Source: Antedon mediterranea (Eukaryota > Animalia > Echinodermata). From it: a DNA stretch of 64,000 nucleotides. The stretch is taken from the NCBI RefSeq assembly GCF_964355755.1, contig NC_092675.1, positions 21,486,912 through 21,550,911 on the forward strand. Reading direction: 5' to 3'. Of this stretch, positions 1 through 14,860 are shown piece after piece; the first letter of the stretch is position 1; every line of letters starts with the position of its first letter. Under the pieces are notes generated by a model. The model was not told the origin of the DNA, did no database searches, and was given only the letters and a program-made list of their open reading frames with translations. Made by a program: the position numbers and the translations under genes.

Positions 1-1097
1 TACTATAAACTGGAAATTTACTGCTTAGCAATATTACTTCTTTAAGTATACATTCCTATTGATTTTATTGATCAGGTGAAGAAATTCTTTGTTACATTTA
101 ATTAATCTTAATAAGCATATCTGTTTTTAATTTATGTCCTACTGGGCTTTTAATTAAAGTACAATAACACAAAAGTGTAGATCGCTAAATAGCAATTAAA
201 GTACAATAGATGACTTTCTCAGATCTGAATACCTATATGTGATAACAATGAAAAAAATTACAATTTTATTTTTAGTAAGATAAGTTTTTGGGAAGGTATT
301 TTTTTTTTCTCCATAATTTATTTTTGGGTAAATAAAAGAGAGAAAAAAAAGAAAGAAAGGTAGTTTGTATAGCATTTTGCTATATTCCACTGGTAAAATT
401 ATTGTAAAGGCTGTAATCTCATTTTGTGAAAACACAAAATCCATTTCACATGCTTGTGTCTTTGTGGTGTCACATTTGACTGGCAATGTTCTTATAACCA
501 GCCATTACCATACTCAAGAATATGACAAATAAAACTTTCAAAATTTATTTGAACACCATGAGACCTCTACGTAACTTATCTGCTATTGGACAGACTACCA
601 GTAAATTTGGAAAAATCCAATGAGCTGTGTAATTCGATTGGTGTTAATATTAATACCTTCATAATAAAGTACAGAATAAACATTGTGTTGGCTATTAATT
701 GTAGTGTGACAAACAATACACTGAAGTCTGAAGTCATTGAAGCTTTAAAATCCCACAGGATAACCAGTTACACAATGATCAAGTATATTTGTTTCTCCAT
801 GGTTCAATACAACTTCCTAAACAGTGGCTTCCCATAGAACACAGAATAAAATTGCTTTATCAGTTGATCTATGGTTCCTCTCTCTCAGCAGCTTCAATAG
901 TAATTAATAACATTTATTTTTTCTGTAACCTACAAAATATGACAACCAATTGCATTGTTATCATTGGACCAGGATGTTTATTTTCAAGACACATCTCCAA
1001 CAAAAAAAACACCAGATTAGGCTTTAGGTAATACCCCATTAAACATGCCAAATAGTATCGCCCTTCACTGTGAAAAGCGCACATCTGAAAATGTATA

Positions 1098-1284
1098 CAA
1101 TATAGTAGAAATCTATTAAGGGGACACTTTTGGAACCCAACAAAGTATCCCTGTAATAGGTAAATCTTCTAGGGGTTGGCCGTATTGTCAAACCTTATAT
1201 CCCGCCTTGCTCATTTCACAGGAATGAATACAGTAGGGTGTCCACTGAATATACAAGTTTCCCAAAGGAAAGGGGTATTCTACA
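1098..1284. mobile_element. Degenerate Tc1/mariner(pogo)-type MITE remnant
   Basis: Ends resemble CAGTAGAACCTCTATTAAGGGGACAC...GAGGTTCTACTG-type TIRs; a related fragment lies near 44094-44145. Confidence 0.3.
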
Positions 1285-1515
1285 GACTTTTAAAACAAGA
1301 TCCTTAACCCAGTAAAAAGCAATGAAACACTGTTTGGCACAAAGTCAATGACCACACACATGCATACATTACATTTATGTTTCTTTAATTAGGACTGGTA
1401 CAAACCAGAAAATTCCCACATGTTTGTGTCAACCATGATGATATATAGATTGAAAATAGTTCAAATGTTATGATGCAAATATGACTAGATTTGTATGATA
1501 ATAAGTGTCGGTATA

Positions 1516-2400
1516 TTAATGAGTGTATTTGAAACTTGACAGAAATAGAAATACATAATCCTCTATTATTGATACCAGGAGGAGGACAAGTGGTACCCAT
1601 GTGAGGGGATTCCCCTTCTGCTTTCTGAAAAACAAAATGTTATGGTCGTACAATGGACTAAATAAAATATTTAAATTTATTTCAAGTATTATATTGCAGA
1701 AAACAATAAATTACCTTTCTTCATTATAAATCAAGTTCTTTGTAATCAGAATCCGTGAGAAAATGTGGAAAACTGGGAATACATTACGGGAGTCTCTGGG
1801 CCAAAACGGAAGTGTTGCCATGCATGTCTAAACTACAAAAATCTTTATCTTAACCAGATCTCTGCTCCCACCCACTGGCGGGACCCACTGGCACTGCTAA
1901 ATTTAGAGAAAAGATCAATTTAATCACATCATGACATTAGGCCTATTATTGACTATTTTTATGACAAGCCCAATCACATTCACAATATCCTGCATTCTTG
2001 TTATCGCCAGGTAGGCTATTGCCGTTGTTTTGTAATAATGCATGTAGGCCTACATAAGGTAGGTCCTACACAACTGTCAATGAGGCCTAGCCTAGGCCTA
2101 GACTCAGCACTGCACAGTCTTTTGGCTAGGCCTGCTGTGTACAAAACAATGTGGCTGAGAATTGCAACGTGTACCGTCCCCGTCTAATTGGTACCCTGCA
2201 CAAATTAAGAAAGTCTTAAATCACTGCACGTCAATTGGCACGCCAACTTTTACTACATTACCTAGCTAGGCTAGCATAAACACTCACCATTTTACATAGA
2301 AAGTCATTAATCAACAGTAGAAAAATCCTCAAAATAGTCGACACATCCTCTTGTGTTGTAGGCCTAGCACCTGCCACGACTTAACTTTTCCTTCGGAGGA
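1516..2400 (-). other. Putative spliced transcript (lncRNA, long 5'UTR or 71-aa small ORF)
   Basis: Minus-strand donor GTGAGT at 2287, acceptor near 1897, donor GTAATT at 1714, acceptor TTTTCAG at 1625. Joining 1821-1715 and 1624-1516 gives MATLPFWPRD...WVPLVLLLVSII...KYTH* (71 aa); no recognisable homology. The 5' boundary is approximate. Confidence 0.3.
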
Positions 2401-2929
2401 AACTTCTGAGACTGCCAACTAACTTTCTCTCCCGTCGCTTCATCGACTCTCGCGTTGTAAGTCTGCGCTTAAAAAATCAACACCAACCTATAGAGGGGGT
2501 GGTTTATCGTAGTGTCGTAAAGTTTCATTCAGCAGATTAATGATTCCGAGGGTAACATAATTTTATTTCGATATAAATGATGTTTCATATTTTATACAGT
2601 CGTAGTAAAGAGTAACATTGATATATGTTCATTTTTTATTGCATTTTTTTCCCCATATCCTTTCAAAACTTATTATTAAAAACGGAAAATCCTGTTGCTT
2701 ATTTAATGAAAACAAATATTTGTAATACTAGTGTCTGTAATACATTTTCAAAACAGTAACAACACAGAGGCTGCCATATTGATTCCGTCTAAACCAGAGC
2801 GATTAGGTACATAATCTGGGATAGAACTAACATCTAAGTTAGAATTAATTAAAACGCGGGTACTGATAAATTGAGGGCGCTAAACATAATATTAACGAGA
2901 TCGAAACAGCTAGTAAAGCGAAAGGGAAA

Positions 2930-3169
2930 AAAAGATTTTGTGTGCTCTCCCTGCCTAAGCACTAAGGCCCTGCCACAGCATTGGGATTGTTTCCACCACA
3001 TCAGATGCATTGAAATTGCCTCCTCGTGATGTGGTGGAAAGGGGGACGCATAATTTTCCAAACCAGTAGCTCGCATAGCTTTAACTCTATTCCACCAAGA
3101 CCAGTTTGGCAATCCAACCTATGACATTCGTGTATTAACACGACGCTCAGTCGACTGAGCTAACCGGTC
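2930..3169 (-). mobile_element. tRNA(Ile-AAT)-derived SINE or tRNA pseudogene with body
   Basis: Reverse strand 3169-3099 reads GACCGGTTAGCTCAGTCGACTGAGCGTCGTGTTAATACACGAATGTCATAGGTTGGATTGCCAAACTGGTC, a decayed tRNA-Ile(AAT) shape with A-box and damaged B-box. It is followed by a TTTCCACCACATCA...TGATGTGGTGGAAA hairpin. Confidence 0.6.
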
Positions 3170-3311
3170 ATCTTGCTTACCACAACGTATTTAAGTAAAG
3201 AATATATATCACAAGAATGAGTAATCCACGATTTTCCTGTAACAGTAATATTGTTCATGTGGTAGGACGCCGCCATAACTGAGATTGTAAACAACATTTT
3301 GTGACGGTTAC

Positions 3312-4635
3312 ACTAATCTACGCCTGGACCACCGGTAGTATTTTCATGATAAAAAATGTTATCATTTTTTTTCTCTTTCATGGGTTTAGCCCACTTTTAT
3401 TCATTATTCCATTCCTGACTAGGATAAACAAAGATTACATATTTTAAAATGTGTTTATAACATGTATGTACAATTATGGTTAAAAGAGATATCTTTTTTT
3501 AAAACATAACATACGTAGATATCTTTTAAAACCTAAACATAATTGGTTATATTGGCACATACCCTCTTATAAAATTTGGCTAACGTATTGAAGCGTTGTT
3601 TTTCTTTCTATATATCTTTCCTTTCTTTTCATCTTTCTGTTTTATAGTAAAATACAATAAGTGTATTAAAAAAAATTACTTTTTGTATTCTATTTAATTT
3701 TCTCAATATAGAAGAAAGACAAAGAAGGAAAGAGGAAAGAAAAAAAAACGAGTTTTCATTTCGATTTTATGAAATGTGATTCATTAATTTATCTTTTACT
3801 TTAGCCCATTTAATATGAGCTTTATTTACATTACAAGCATATTGGTTAGCTAAAAAAATGTCTGAGTTCTATTCGTAACAAGCTCCAAATCATTGTTGAT
3901 CTTTTTGTATATTTTTCTGAAGATTTGATATATTTAGATTTATAAATACAGAAGGTTAACAATGAGATTAATTCATTTACATGTTTACTTTTTGTTCCTG
4001 TAACTATATCTATCCAATTATTAACTGTTTCGTTAAGTGTATAGCAGTCTTAAATCATGGAATTAAAATTATTCCTTGCAGGTTGAACACTTTTACACTT
4101 TAATAGCATGTGTTTGTCTGTTTCTGGTTCAGTTCGACAGTAGTCGCATAACTCTGTAGAAGATAGTTTCCATACCTTCATACGTTTTTTACATGCAAGT
4201 ATACAGTGTATACTTAAAAATTAAAATTAAATTGTGCTAATTTCGTAACATGTTTTATACTATAAACTTGTTATACCATATTTCTTTCCAATCGAGGTTT
4301 ACATTTCTAAAAGGTGTTTCCCATTTCGATTCAATAATATTATTGATAAGTTGTCTATTATAGTAAAATGAGTTTTTGTGCTTTTTACAATAATGTTGTT
4401 GTCTCTTGAAATCTATATTGTTATCAACTACATGCCAACATCATGTTAAATGCTGTTTTGGATATTTTAATTGTTCGTTTCATGCAATTTATTTAGTAAA
4501 AACTGCCGAATAAACAGTTCGCTTCATCGACCGGCCGGGCGCTACCGAGGCGTGTTGTTTACATGTATTTTATACTACTACATGTATTTTATACTAATTT
4601 ATATCATAAAAACAATTTACCGGGCGTAGATTAGT
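3312..4635. mobile_element. ~1.3 kb non-autonomous TIR DNA transposon
   Basis: Left ACTAATCTACGCC(tggacca)CCGGTA..TTT..ATGATA matches the reverse complement of the right end TATCATAAAAACAATTTACCGGGCGTAGATTAGT. Possible 2-bp AC duplication; AT-rich non-coding interior. Confidence 0.6.
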
Positions 4636-4832
4636 ACGCGGCAATGACAAAGAATACTCGTGCCAGTTGGCTCAGCCGAAAGGTGTGCGCTGGTCTTTAC
4701 AAAAAGAAAATGACCGATGGAATTCGAAAGGTATCATGGCAACGATAGAACAAATCGACCGTTCTACGCCGCCGCGCATAGAACAAAAAGATGCACTTCG
4801 AACATGTGCACGCACACGCGCTCAGAATTATC

Positions 4833-4840
4833 TATATAAG
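4833..4840 (+). promoter_or_regulatory. Candidate TATA box of kinase gene
   Basis: TATATAAG in a CpG-rich stretch about 130 bp upstream of the predicted ATG at 4967. Confidence 0.4.
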
Positions 4841-4966
4841 CAGCGCACCGGCAACCTAAAAATCGACAACGACAAGAGACAAGACTCTCTACCAGTTGTT
4901 TTTTTTTGTGCTTACAAAAAAAAGTGTTGCTAAGTAAACGTGAATTCGAATTCGAAATATACCAAG

Positions 4967-6844
4967 ATGACGATCATGGCAAACAAATCGATTGTTCAAC
5001 CAGACATCCTGATGAAACCAATAATTGGAGGGTAGGCCCAAATACAATTTAATAGTGTTAATGGTGGTTACATTTCCACCACTAACATTTGTTTTATTTA
5101 ATTATAGGCTAGGAATAGGACCTAGGCCTACTAGAGGTCTAGCATACATTTAAAGGTATAGGCCTAGGCCAGGCCTAATAATAATATGAGGGACTGCTAA
5201 CTAGGCCTAGTCTATTTAGTTACTGTATGCCTATTATATTTATAATTAAATAGGCTATGCCTATATAGCATATCCTGTCTCTCTACTACCTAGGCTAGCA
5301 TAGTATAGCTATTATAGTAAGTTAGTACTGCTGTAAGAGTAAGGGCAGGCATCCGTTAACATAGCTAGGTTAGACCTAACTTTAGTTATTCTGTATGTAG
5401 GTAGGCCTAATTAAAGTCTGGGGCATTATTATCGTAAATACTAAGACTAATAGTAGCGCCTATTATCACTTATTATATTGAATAATTGATAACTTTGTGA
5501 TATAATATAACGTTTCTTGTTTCGAATTTAAGTAGATCTCAGCAAGATGTAGGACACCAACCAAGAAGAAAGTCATTATTTAGAAGGGTTTGGACAGCAG
5601 TAGGCCTACTAAATCTTGTATGTATCACAAGTTACCAAACAACGGATAGCAACTTAAGTTCACCATATTCATCACCTCTATCATCAATCCAACCATCAAC
5701 GAGTGCAGTTCCAGTGTCGACCTCACTATCACCACATTCAACAGCATCACTATCATCAAAGTCATCATCACTATCAAAATCAACGTCTGTGCGGCCAAGG
5801 TCATCATCGACATCATCGCCTGGTCAGATAAGTGCATCCGCGTCAATGTCCTCCCCAACAGCGTTATCACCCGGTCAGATACCACCAGCATCGTCGTCAT
5901 CACAATGGCCAGTTTCATCTATTAGGAGCTACAATGGTTCTTCGACAAGTAACTCCGCTGGTAACAAGGGAGATGCCACATCAAAACATCTTGATCAAAT
6001 ACTGCCGCCTGTGAAGATCCTGCCTAGATTGAGTGTATCTAACCTTAGCACTCCCGTAGAGCTTGGTCATGGCAGCTTCGGTCGCGTTGACTTGATGTCG
6101 TCGACTCTGTATCCAGGAAATCTAGTTGCAGTCAAGACGGCATTTTTGGAGAGGTACGATAATGCTGATGAAGCGTGGTCCGAAATGGTGATAGAAGCAC
6201 GTGTTATGGAGTTGATGCGTGACCAACCTTCAGTTCCTCGTGTCTTGGGCGTCTTTTGCCAAGCCAATATTTGTTGCATGGTGCAGGAGTTTGTTGGAAA
6301 TACTCTGACCCTATCCAGTACAACATTACTGAAAGCAATGCGAACTGGACAGCCATCATTGAGTGAGCTCGATTGCATTTCCATGACGAAAGAGGTGACC
6401 ATTGCCCTTAACATCATGCACCAGCGAGGAATTCTCTATAATGACGTGGCAGCAAGAAACATCCTCATCAACCACGATGGTATCTGCCACAGAGCGAAGC
6501 TGTCAGACTTCGGCATGGCTAGCACCCTACAACACCCAAGAGGAAACACCCAGCTAACATTCAAATCGTCAGCCGAACTGATTAAATACCACTTGGACAA
6601 CCGAGAAATCGCGCCAGAAAAATACGTTTTCGGTGCCTGCAACTCAGTACAGAGTGACGTGTATGCTATCGGTTATGTAATCAAATGTTTAGGAGTAGCA
6701 ATTCAAAGTAGACAGATGGTTGAACTCGGAAAGGACACTACAGCAGTTAAACCAGAACATCGACCTTCTTTAGATTTATTAATAAACAAGTTGGAAACAA
6801 TGGCAGAAAATGAAAAGAGAAATCGACTTGTCAACGGGCGTTAG
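4967..6844 (+). CDS. Atypical protein kinase (tyrosine-kinase-like catalytic loop, non-RD) with Ser-rich N-terminus, ~457 aa
   Basis: Exon 1 4967-5031 (phase 2, GTAGGC) joins in frame to exon 2 5533/5536-6844 (NAGNAG acceptor). Motifs GHGSFG, VAVK, E of helix C, YNDVAARN, DFG, APE, SDVYAIG. The kinase domain is intronless. Exon 1 is less certain than the kinase ORF. Confidence 0.85.
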
Positions 6845-6892
6845 TTTAAATAGTAATATTAAATATAATTTTAATAAACAAAAGTAATCATT

Positions 6893-7040
6893 GTATTAAG
6901 TAATTTTAATTTTTGATATGATAAATTTAATAATGATATTAAAATAATAATAAATAAATATTAATAATCGTATTAAGTAACGTAATTTTAATTTTTTATA
7001 GGATAAATTATAATAATGATATTAAAATTATAATAATTAA
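6893..7040. repeat. AT-rich local tandem duplication
   Basis: TATTAAGTAA..TTTTAATTTTT.ATA.GATAAATT.AATAATGATATTAAAAT occurs twice (~6893 and ~6971). Confidence 0.5.
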
Positions 7041-7564
7041 TAGTGATATAAAAATTTAAAAATGCAACAATAATAAATAATTAAAAATCGATTTTAATCT
7101 CTAATTTACGTGTTTTATATTCAACATTATTACAAAACATTTAACAAATACATTTTGCGTTGCTACTGGTAACTGGTAAGTATTATTTATAATAAAGTAA
7201 GTACACACAATTTGTATTATTTCTAATGTTCTTGTAACGCATTCAAATTCCTTAATAGTTATGCTTAAATAATACATTTTTAAAAACCCATAGAAATAAT
7301 ATAACAGATTTGTCAATATACTGTAATATATTGAGAAGCATAAACAGACTGCACTTCATTTAGGCCTTCATTTCTCTGAGTTTACGAATGATATAATCTG
7401 CTAAATAACAACAATAATATTCTTCACAACCCTTTTACCCATTATAGGTAAATTGTGTACTAATGTATATTGAATGTTGATAGCAATGACAACAAACTAT
7501 CCGTAATACTAAAACTAAGACAAATCATATTGTTTAATTCAACTTGTAATTATTGTTTTATGTA

Positions 7565-8280
7565 AGCCATCGATATGAAGACAAGATGATGTTCAGAGCG
7601 GCATTTTTCAACATTTTAGGTAAAAACATCAACATATTTTGTACTTTTAAATTGTATAAAACTATATCTACCATTAATATATAATATTTTAATTGTTTAT
7701 TTATTTCTTTTCATTAAATGCTTGGCGACGATTCGAGGGATCACTATGAGAGCCATCGATATGAATACAAGCTGATGCATGTTCAGAGCGGCATTTTTCA
7801 ACATTTGAGGTAAAAACAATCTTGTACTTGTTGTAACTATATTTGTATATAAAACGTTATTTATTTCTTTTGTAAAACTATATCTACCATTAATATATAA
7901 TATTTTAAATGTTTATTTATTTCTTTTCATTAAATGCTGCTTGCCGATTCGAGGGATCTCTATCACAGCCATCGATTTGAAGACAAGCTAATGTTCAGAG
8001 CGGCATTTTTCAACATTTTAGGTAAAAACAATCTTGTAACTATATTTGTATAATACACGTTATTTGTTTCTTTTGTAAAACTATGTCTAACATTAATATA
8101 TAATATTTTGTATATAACGTTATTTATCTTTATTTTCATTAAATGCTTGCCGATTCGAGGGACCATTTTCACAGCCATCGATATGAAGACAGAATAATGT
8201 TTAGAGCGGCATTTTTCAACATTTTAGGTAAAAACAATCTTGTACTTGTAACTATATTTGTATAATACACGTTATTAATT
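7565..8280. repeat. Tandem array of four ~190-215 bp units
   Basis: AGCCATCGAT(A/T)TGAA...GTT(C/T)AGAGCGGCATTTTTCAACATTT(T/G)AGGTAAAAACA recurs at ~7565, 7751, 7967 and 8174. Confidence 0.9.
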
Positions 8281-9791
8281 TTTAATGTATCTCCCTGAAA
8301 AATATTTCTAATTTTTGTATTTTTTGTTTGAATACGCCATATTAATGTCACCTAATAGTTAATAACTTTGATCAAAAATTGGATCGAAAAAAGATGTATT
8401 TACCTAAAACTGTAATTTAAAGCAAAAAATAGTAAAATTGGCTGCCAGCCGATGGGTTTTTGGTTGAATTTAACAATTTATTTTGTCTTTTTAATTTAAA
8501 AAAAAAGTTAAAAGTTAAAACATTATTTTTTTTCTACAGATTAACTTTATTAAAACTACAAAATAATCTATTCGAAGTCTGATTTTATTAATCTTTATTT
8601 TATGATTTTGGGTACAATACATCTTTAATAGTTCGGTTATAGAGGGCGGCAGAACTATCTAAACATTCTTCATTTTGTCAACTTGATAGTCCCTATAAAA
8701 TTAAATCTGGGATGTAATAACAGTTAATCTACGATCTTTAATTATATTTATACAATATTGAATGTAGGTATGTAGGCTTTTGTATAGAAAAGTGAATTAA
8801 TGTTTTCAAAATGTATTTATTTTGCCAAGGCTCTGATACTCTAGATTGTTGCTGTAATGTAGGGTGGTGTAGTCTGCTATAATAACCGAATTTAACAATT
8901 AAACAGCAAATAACAAAATATATTAAAAAAATAAAAATGCTTATATTATTTAAATATAAAAATATAATGTATTTAAATTAATTTATATTATTTACTTAAA
9001 TTTACTTTGAATTATTTTTTTACGTAATTCAAATAAATTGTTACATGAAAGTTGTATGCGATTCATCGTCTCGTCAACATCGTTTTGTTGGAAAATTCTA
9101 GCGAAGGTTGTCTGAGGTTTTTATACGGCTATTTTCTAAATATTAACCGTATTTAATAAGTAATTAAAGGTAGGTAATACAGTATGTTAAATTATTTGGT
9201 TTAAGTTATAATAATAACTAAAAATAGTTTGAATTAATAAACAAATATCAAGTAATTTTGTAGAGGTAACACCAGGCCTAGCTAAAGCCTGAATACGCTA
9301 GGCGCGCACTGTAAATAAAGTGGGAATACGTACCGAAAGCGAAGGCGAGCCGCCTCCTTACAACAAGGACAGCCCTATTTTGTGTTCGATTCCTAAGGCC
9401 TAGATCTATTCGACTAATTTAAGTTTTAAGATTCGTCCATAATAAAATTCATCAATCGAACAACAGATGTCCCAACAGATTAATATTAACAAACAAGATT
9501 GGAACTTCTTGATTTTTAAAAATAAAATTTTTGTTAGAGCAAATTATTTAACATTTTATTGCCCACTCACTGTTTTTTTGCGTAGCCTGACTATTGAATT
9601 CTTGTATTGTTCAAATTTGATTGGATAGCGACTCTTCTTACACCCTCGGTGTGGTACAGAAATTAGAGCTATTCTTTAACACAATGATTTCTGCTTATGT
9701 TATGGTTTTTGTTCATATCTTTTGATATTAACACTGTATTTCTTTTTTTCTATGTACGTATTTAGGGCACAAACAATTTTTTTGAAACTAG

Positions 9792-12021
<2,230 letters not shown>

Positions 12022-13722
12022 ATTGTATCTTATTATCTGAAATGAAATGTATATATATAATAGTGATCGATTGTAATTTTTTAAAAGCTTAGAATACAGT
12101 AACTGCCCAGTGCTATCTTGGTTAAGGATAAATCGTTTGAACTGTTGAAACTATGTATTTGTTGATGGTATATTAATGCTGTGTTTAGATCAATTATTTG
12201 GCATCAACATCTACTGTAATGTTGTAATCAGTACAAGATAGTTCATTCTGATTCTTACAATCTTTTTACATACTGTATGGTTGTATGTACAAGAACTATT
12301 AATAGCATATGATGTCATTAACCATTATAATTAATTGTCACCAAACTATATTTGTGACTGAGCCTTACAGAAAATAGCATTTTGTTTACAGCTTTTGATA
12401 CAGTATAGAATTCTTTGCTAGATCTCAAAAGGCTGAACTTATTTTATTTATTATCCATAAAGCATTGCAATGCTATTGATGTACTGTATGCATAAAATAT
12501 AGATAAAATTAGATAGTGTAAATTCTACAACAATGCTCAGCTATTGTTATCCTTTTTTTGTCATTTGAATACAGATGCTTGAACTTGCTAATAAGATCTT
12601 TTTGATGAAATTCTGCATTTTTTGTACCTTAATAACAATTTTTTTTTAAATTAAATCTTGGGAAAACATCATAGTATCAACAATTTCTGTAGTTAAGTTG
12701 TAGCTACAATATGTCAAATATTCAGTCACTATTTAACAACCATTTTAAATGCAAATACTTACGTCAATCTTACAGTGATCTTAAAGATACCGAAAGATGT
12801 GAATGTAAAATACAGATATTTAACATAATTCTTGATAAGACACCATTTATTGAAAATTGCTGTGGCGTTTTGTTTTGGTAATGTGTGCCATCATTATTTA
12901 TTTTGAATTTAAATTCTTATGTTTTGTATTATGATATTATTTATCTGAAATAAGAAATCAATCTATATAAAACAACAGATTAGATTCAGTAAAAGATGTA
13001 TAAAAATGACATGGTAGTAATAGTAGTAGTAGTAGTAAAAATGTGTTTATAATCAATACAGTGAGTAAACAAAGACTTGATAATAATAATACAAGACAAT
13101 CCTGTATCTAATGCTTGTTTGAATATATTCTGTGTAATTATTGCCTTTTTAAATACTTCTTATGCAATGTACATGTATGGTTACTTTTTCTTTTACATAG
13201 TTCTAGAAACAGTTAATGAAGTCCCCGGATGTGCTCTCTTGTCGTTATTCAAGTTAGAATTATAAGAGAAATAAAGTTGTTTGTTTACATGTTCATTCGT
13301 GCCTTTGATTTAATTTGTCATACATGATATGTACAAAATTAGTAACGTGAAAAGGGGAAAAAAAACGTTACGGAGCCTACTAGAAGAGACTCTGTGTGCA
13401 ATATGTATGGCTATTCCTATTGGAAAGCCATTAGGATAAAAATGAAATCAAAAATGTCAGAATGACAGACATATTGATATAAAGACGAAAATGTATAGGT
13501 ATATGTACGCTTTATATTGCTTTTTCACTGGCTGATACCTACCTGCCACCTGCTTGATTTATTGTTCAATTTCTTTTCCATTACAAAATGACATACATAC
13601 AGACTATACAACAATGGATGCTTACACAAAGCATTTATTCATAATATACATTCTTACAGTAAATTATTTTTAGGTTCATCATTTAGATACAAAACTCAAC
13701 AATAAGAATTAAAATTTAACGC

Positions 13723-13785
13723 TACGGGGCGCCGTTTGGTGCATTACGCATCTTTTTAAAAAATTTCCCTAAACGGCGCCCCGTA
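13723..13785. mobile_element. Short inverted-repeat element (MITE remnant)
   Basis: TACGGGGCGCCGTTT...AAACGGCGCCCCGTA, a perfect 15-bp IR around a ~33-bp spacer; related half-site near 19778. Confidence 0.6.
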
Positions 13786-14860
13786 TACAAGCAAGTTTAG
13801 ACTCCATAATATAAACAAAATGATGATGACTCAAACTTTTAAAAACCACCGATTGGTAAAAGGTTTATGCAGTCTTTCCGTCGCTGATTTAACAGTGTTA
13901 AAACAAATCCAGGAAATGATTCGGGCTGATGTCGTGGCCACACGGCGACAATCATGTAAAAATCAATTGTTTTAATCGCTAATTATACATCAGTATTATG
14001 ATCTGGGTTGTCTTCGTAGGCCTTGAGGATAGCATTTCTAAGAAATATTGCATTATATAAAAAAAGAAAGCAAGTCTAATTGTTTGACGGGATGCTCCTA
14101 TGCTCTCCTTACACAATTATCAAATTATTAATGTTATCGCTAAAGCTTGGTCCCCACTAGAACATAACACAACGACGAAAGCGCGACGTATGCAATTTAA
14201 CCAATCACAAGCGATGGATTATCCGAAAACAAGTAGACGCTCTTGATAGCGGTACCACATAATACAATATCCAATGTAATTACTATACTGTAGCATACAA
14301 CAAAATCTGGAAAATGCATTTTGTATTTTTTTTACAAATGTTTACATTTTCTTCTACAGGGGATAAAGCTGATGGTCGATCATGCCTTTATTTGTACATT
14401 AAACTATATCGCGGCTCATTAGGTCATTATTCAATTCCAAACAAACGATTTAACCGTTCTTTTTTAGTTTTATAAAAAAACAACTAAATAATATGCTCTT
14501 TAGCAATAAGTTGACCGTGTACACAATATAAAAATAACCATAACGATTGAAACTATACAATTTCACATGCGCATTTAACATTCACACCATACATAAATTG
14601 ATAATTATTTACAATAAATTAGCCACAAATATCCAGTATTTGTAGAAAATCAACGTCATAAGCAAAATGTTACATAAATAGATCCTTGTCTTAATGCAGC
14701 CAAGTACGGGTACAAACATTTTCAAAATCTTTTCGAAGTACGCTCTCATTCGGTGCTAAACTTTTTTTACAGCAAAGATTGAGTCTTCTTGCAATCCGGG
14801 TTTCTGGTATTGTTAATTTTAGTTTAAACAGCATTCAATACAAAGATTATGTTCGTTAAT

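Noticed and set aside
3099-3169. Functional tRNA-Ile gene
   Set aside because: T-loop/B-box (GGTTGGATT) and stems are damaged, and it continues into a SINE-like body.
4942-4956. Heat-shock element in GAATTCGAATTCGAA
   Set aside because: Spacing does not fit the nGAAnnTTCn consensus.
5625-6642. Antisense and alternative-frame ORFs over the kinase
   Set aside because: Shadow ORFs of a GC-richer coding exon with no independent motifs.
7963-8351. Two similar short ORFs (RLFLPKMLKNAALNI)
   Set aside because: They are translations of the non-coding ~200-bp tandem repeat.
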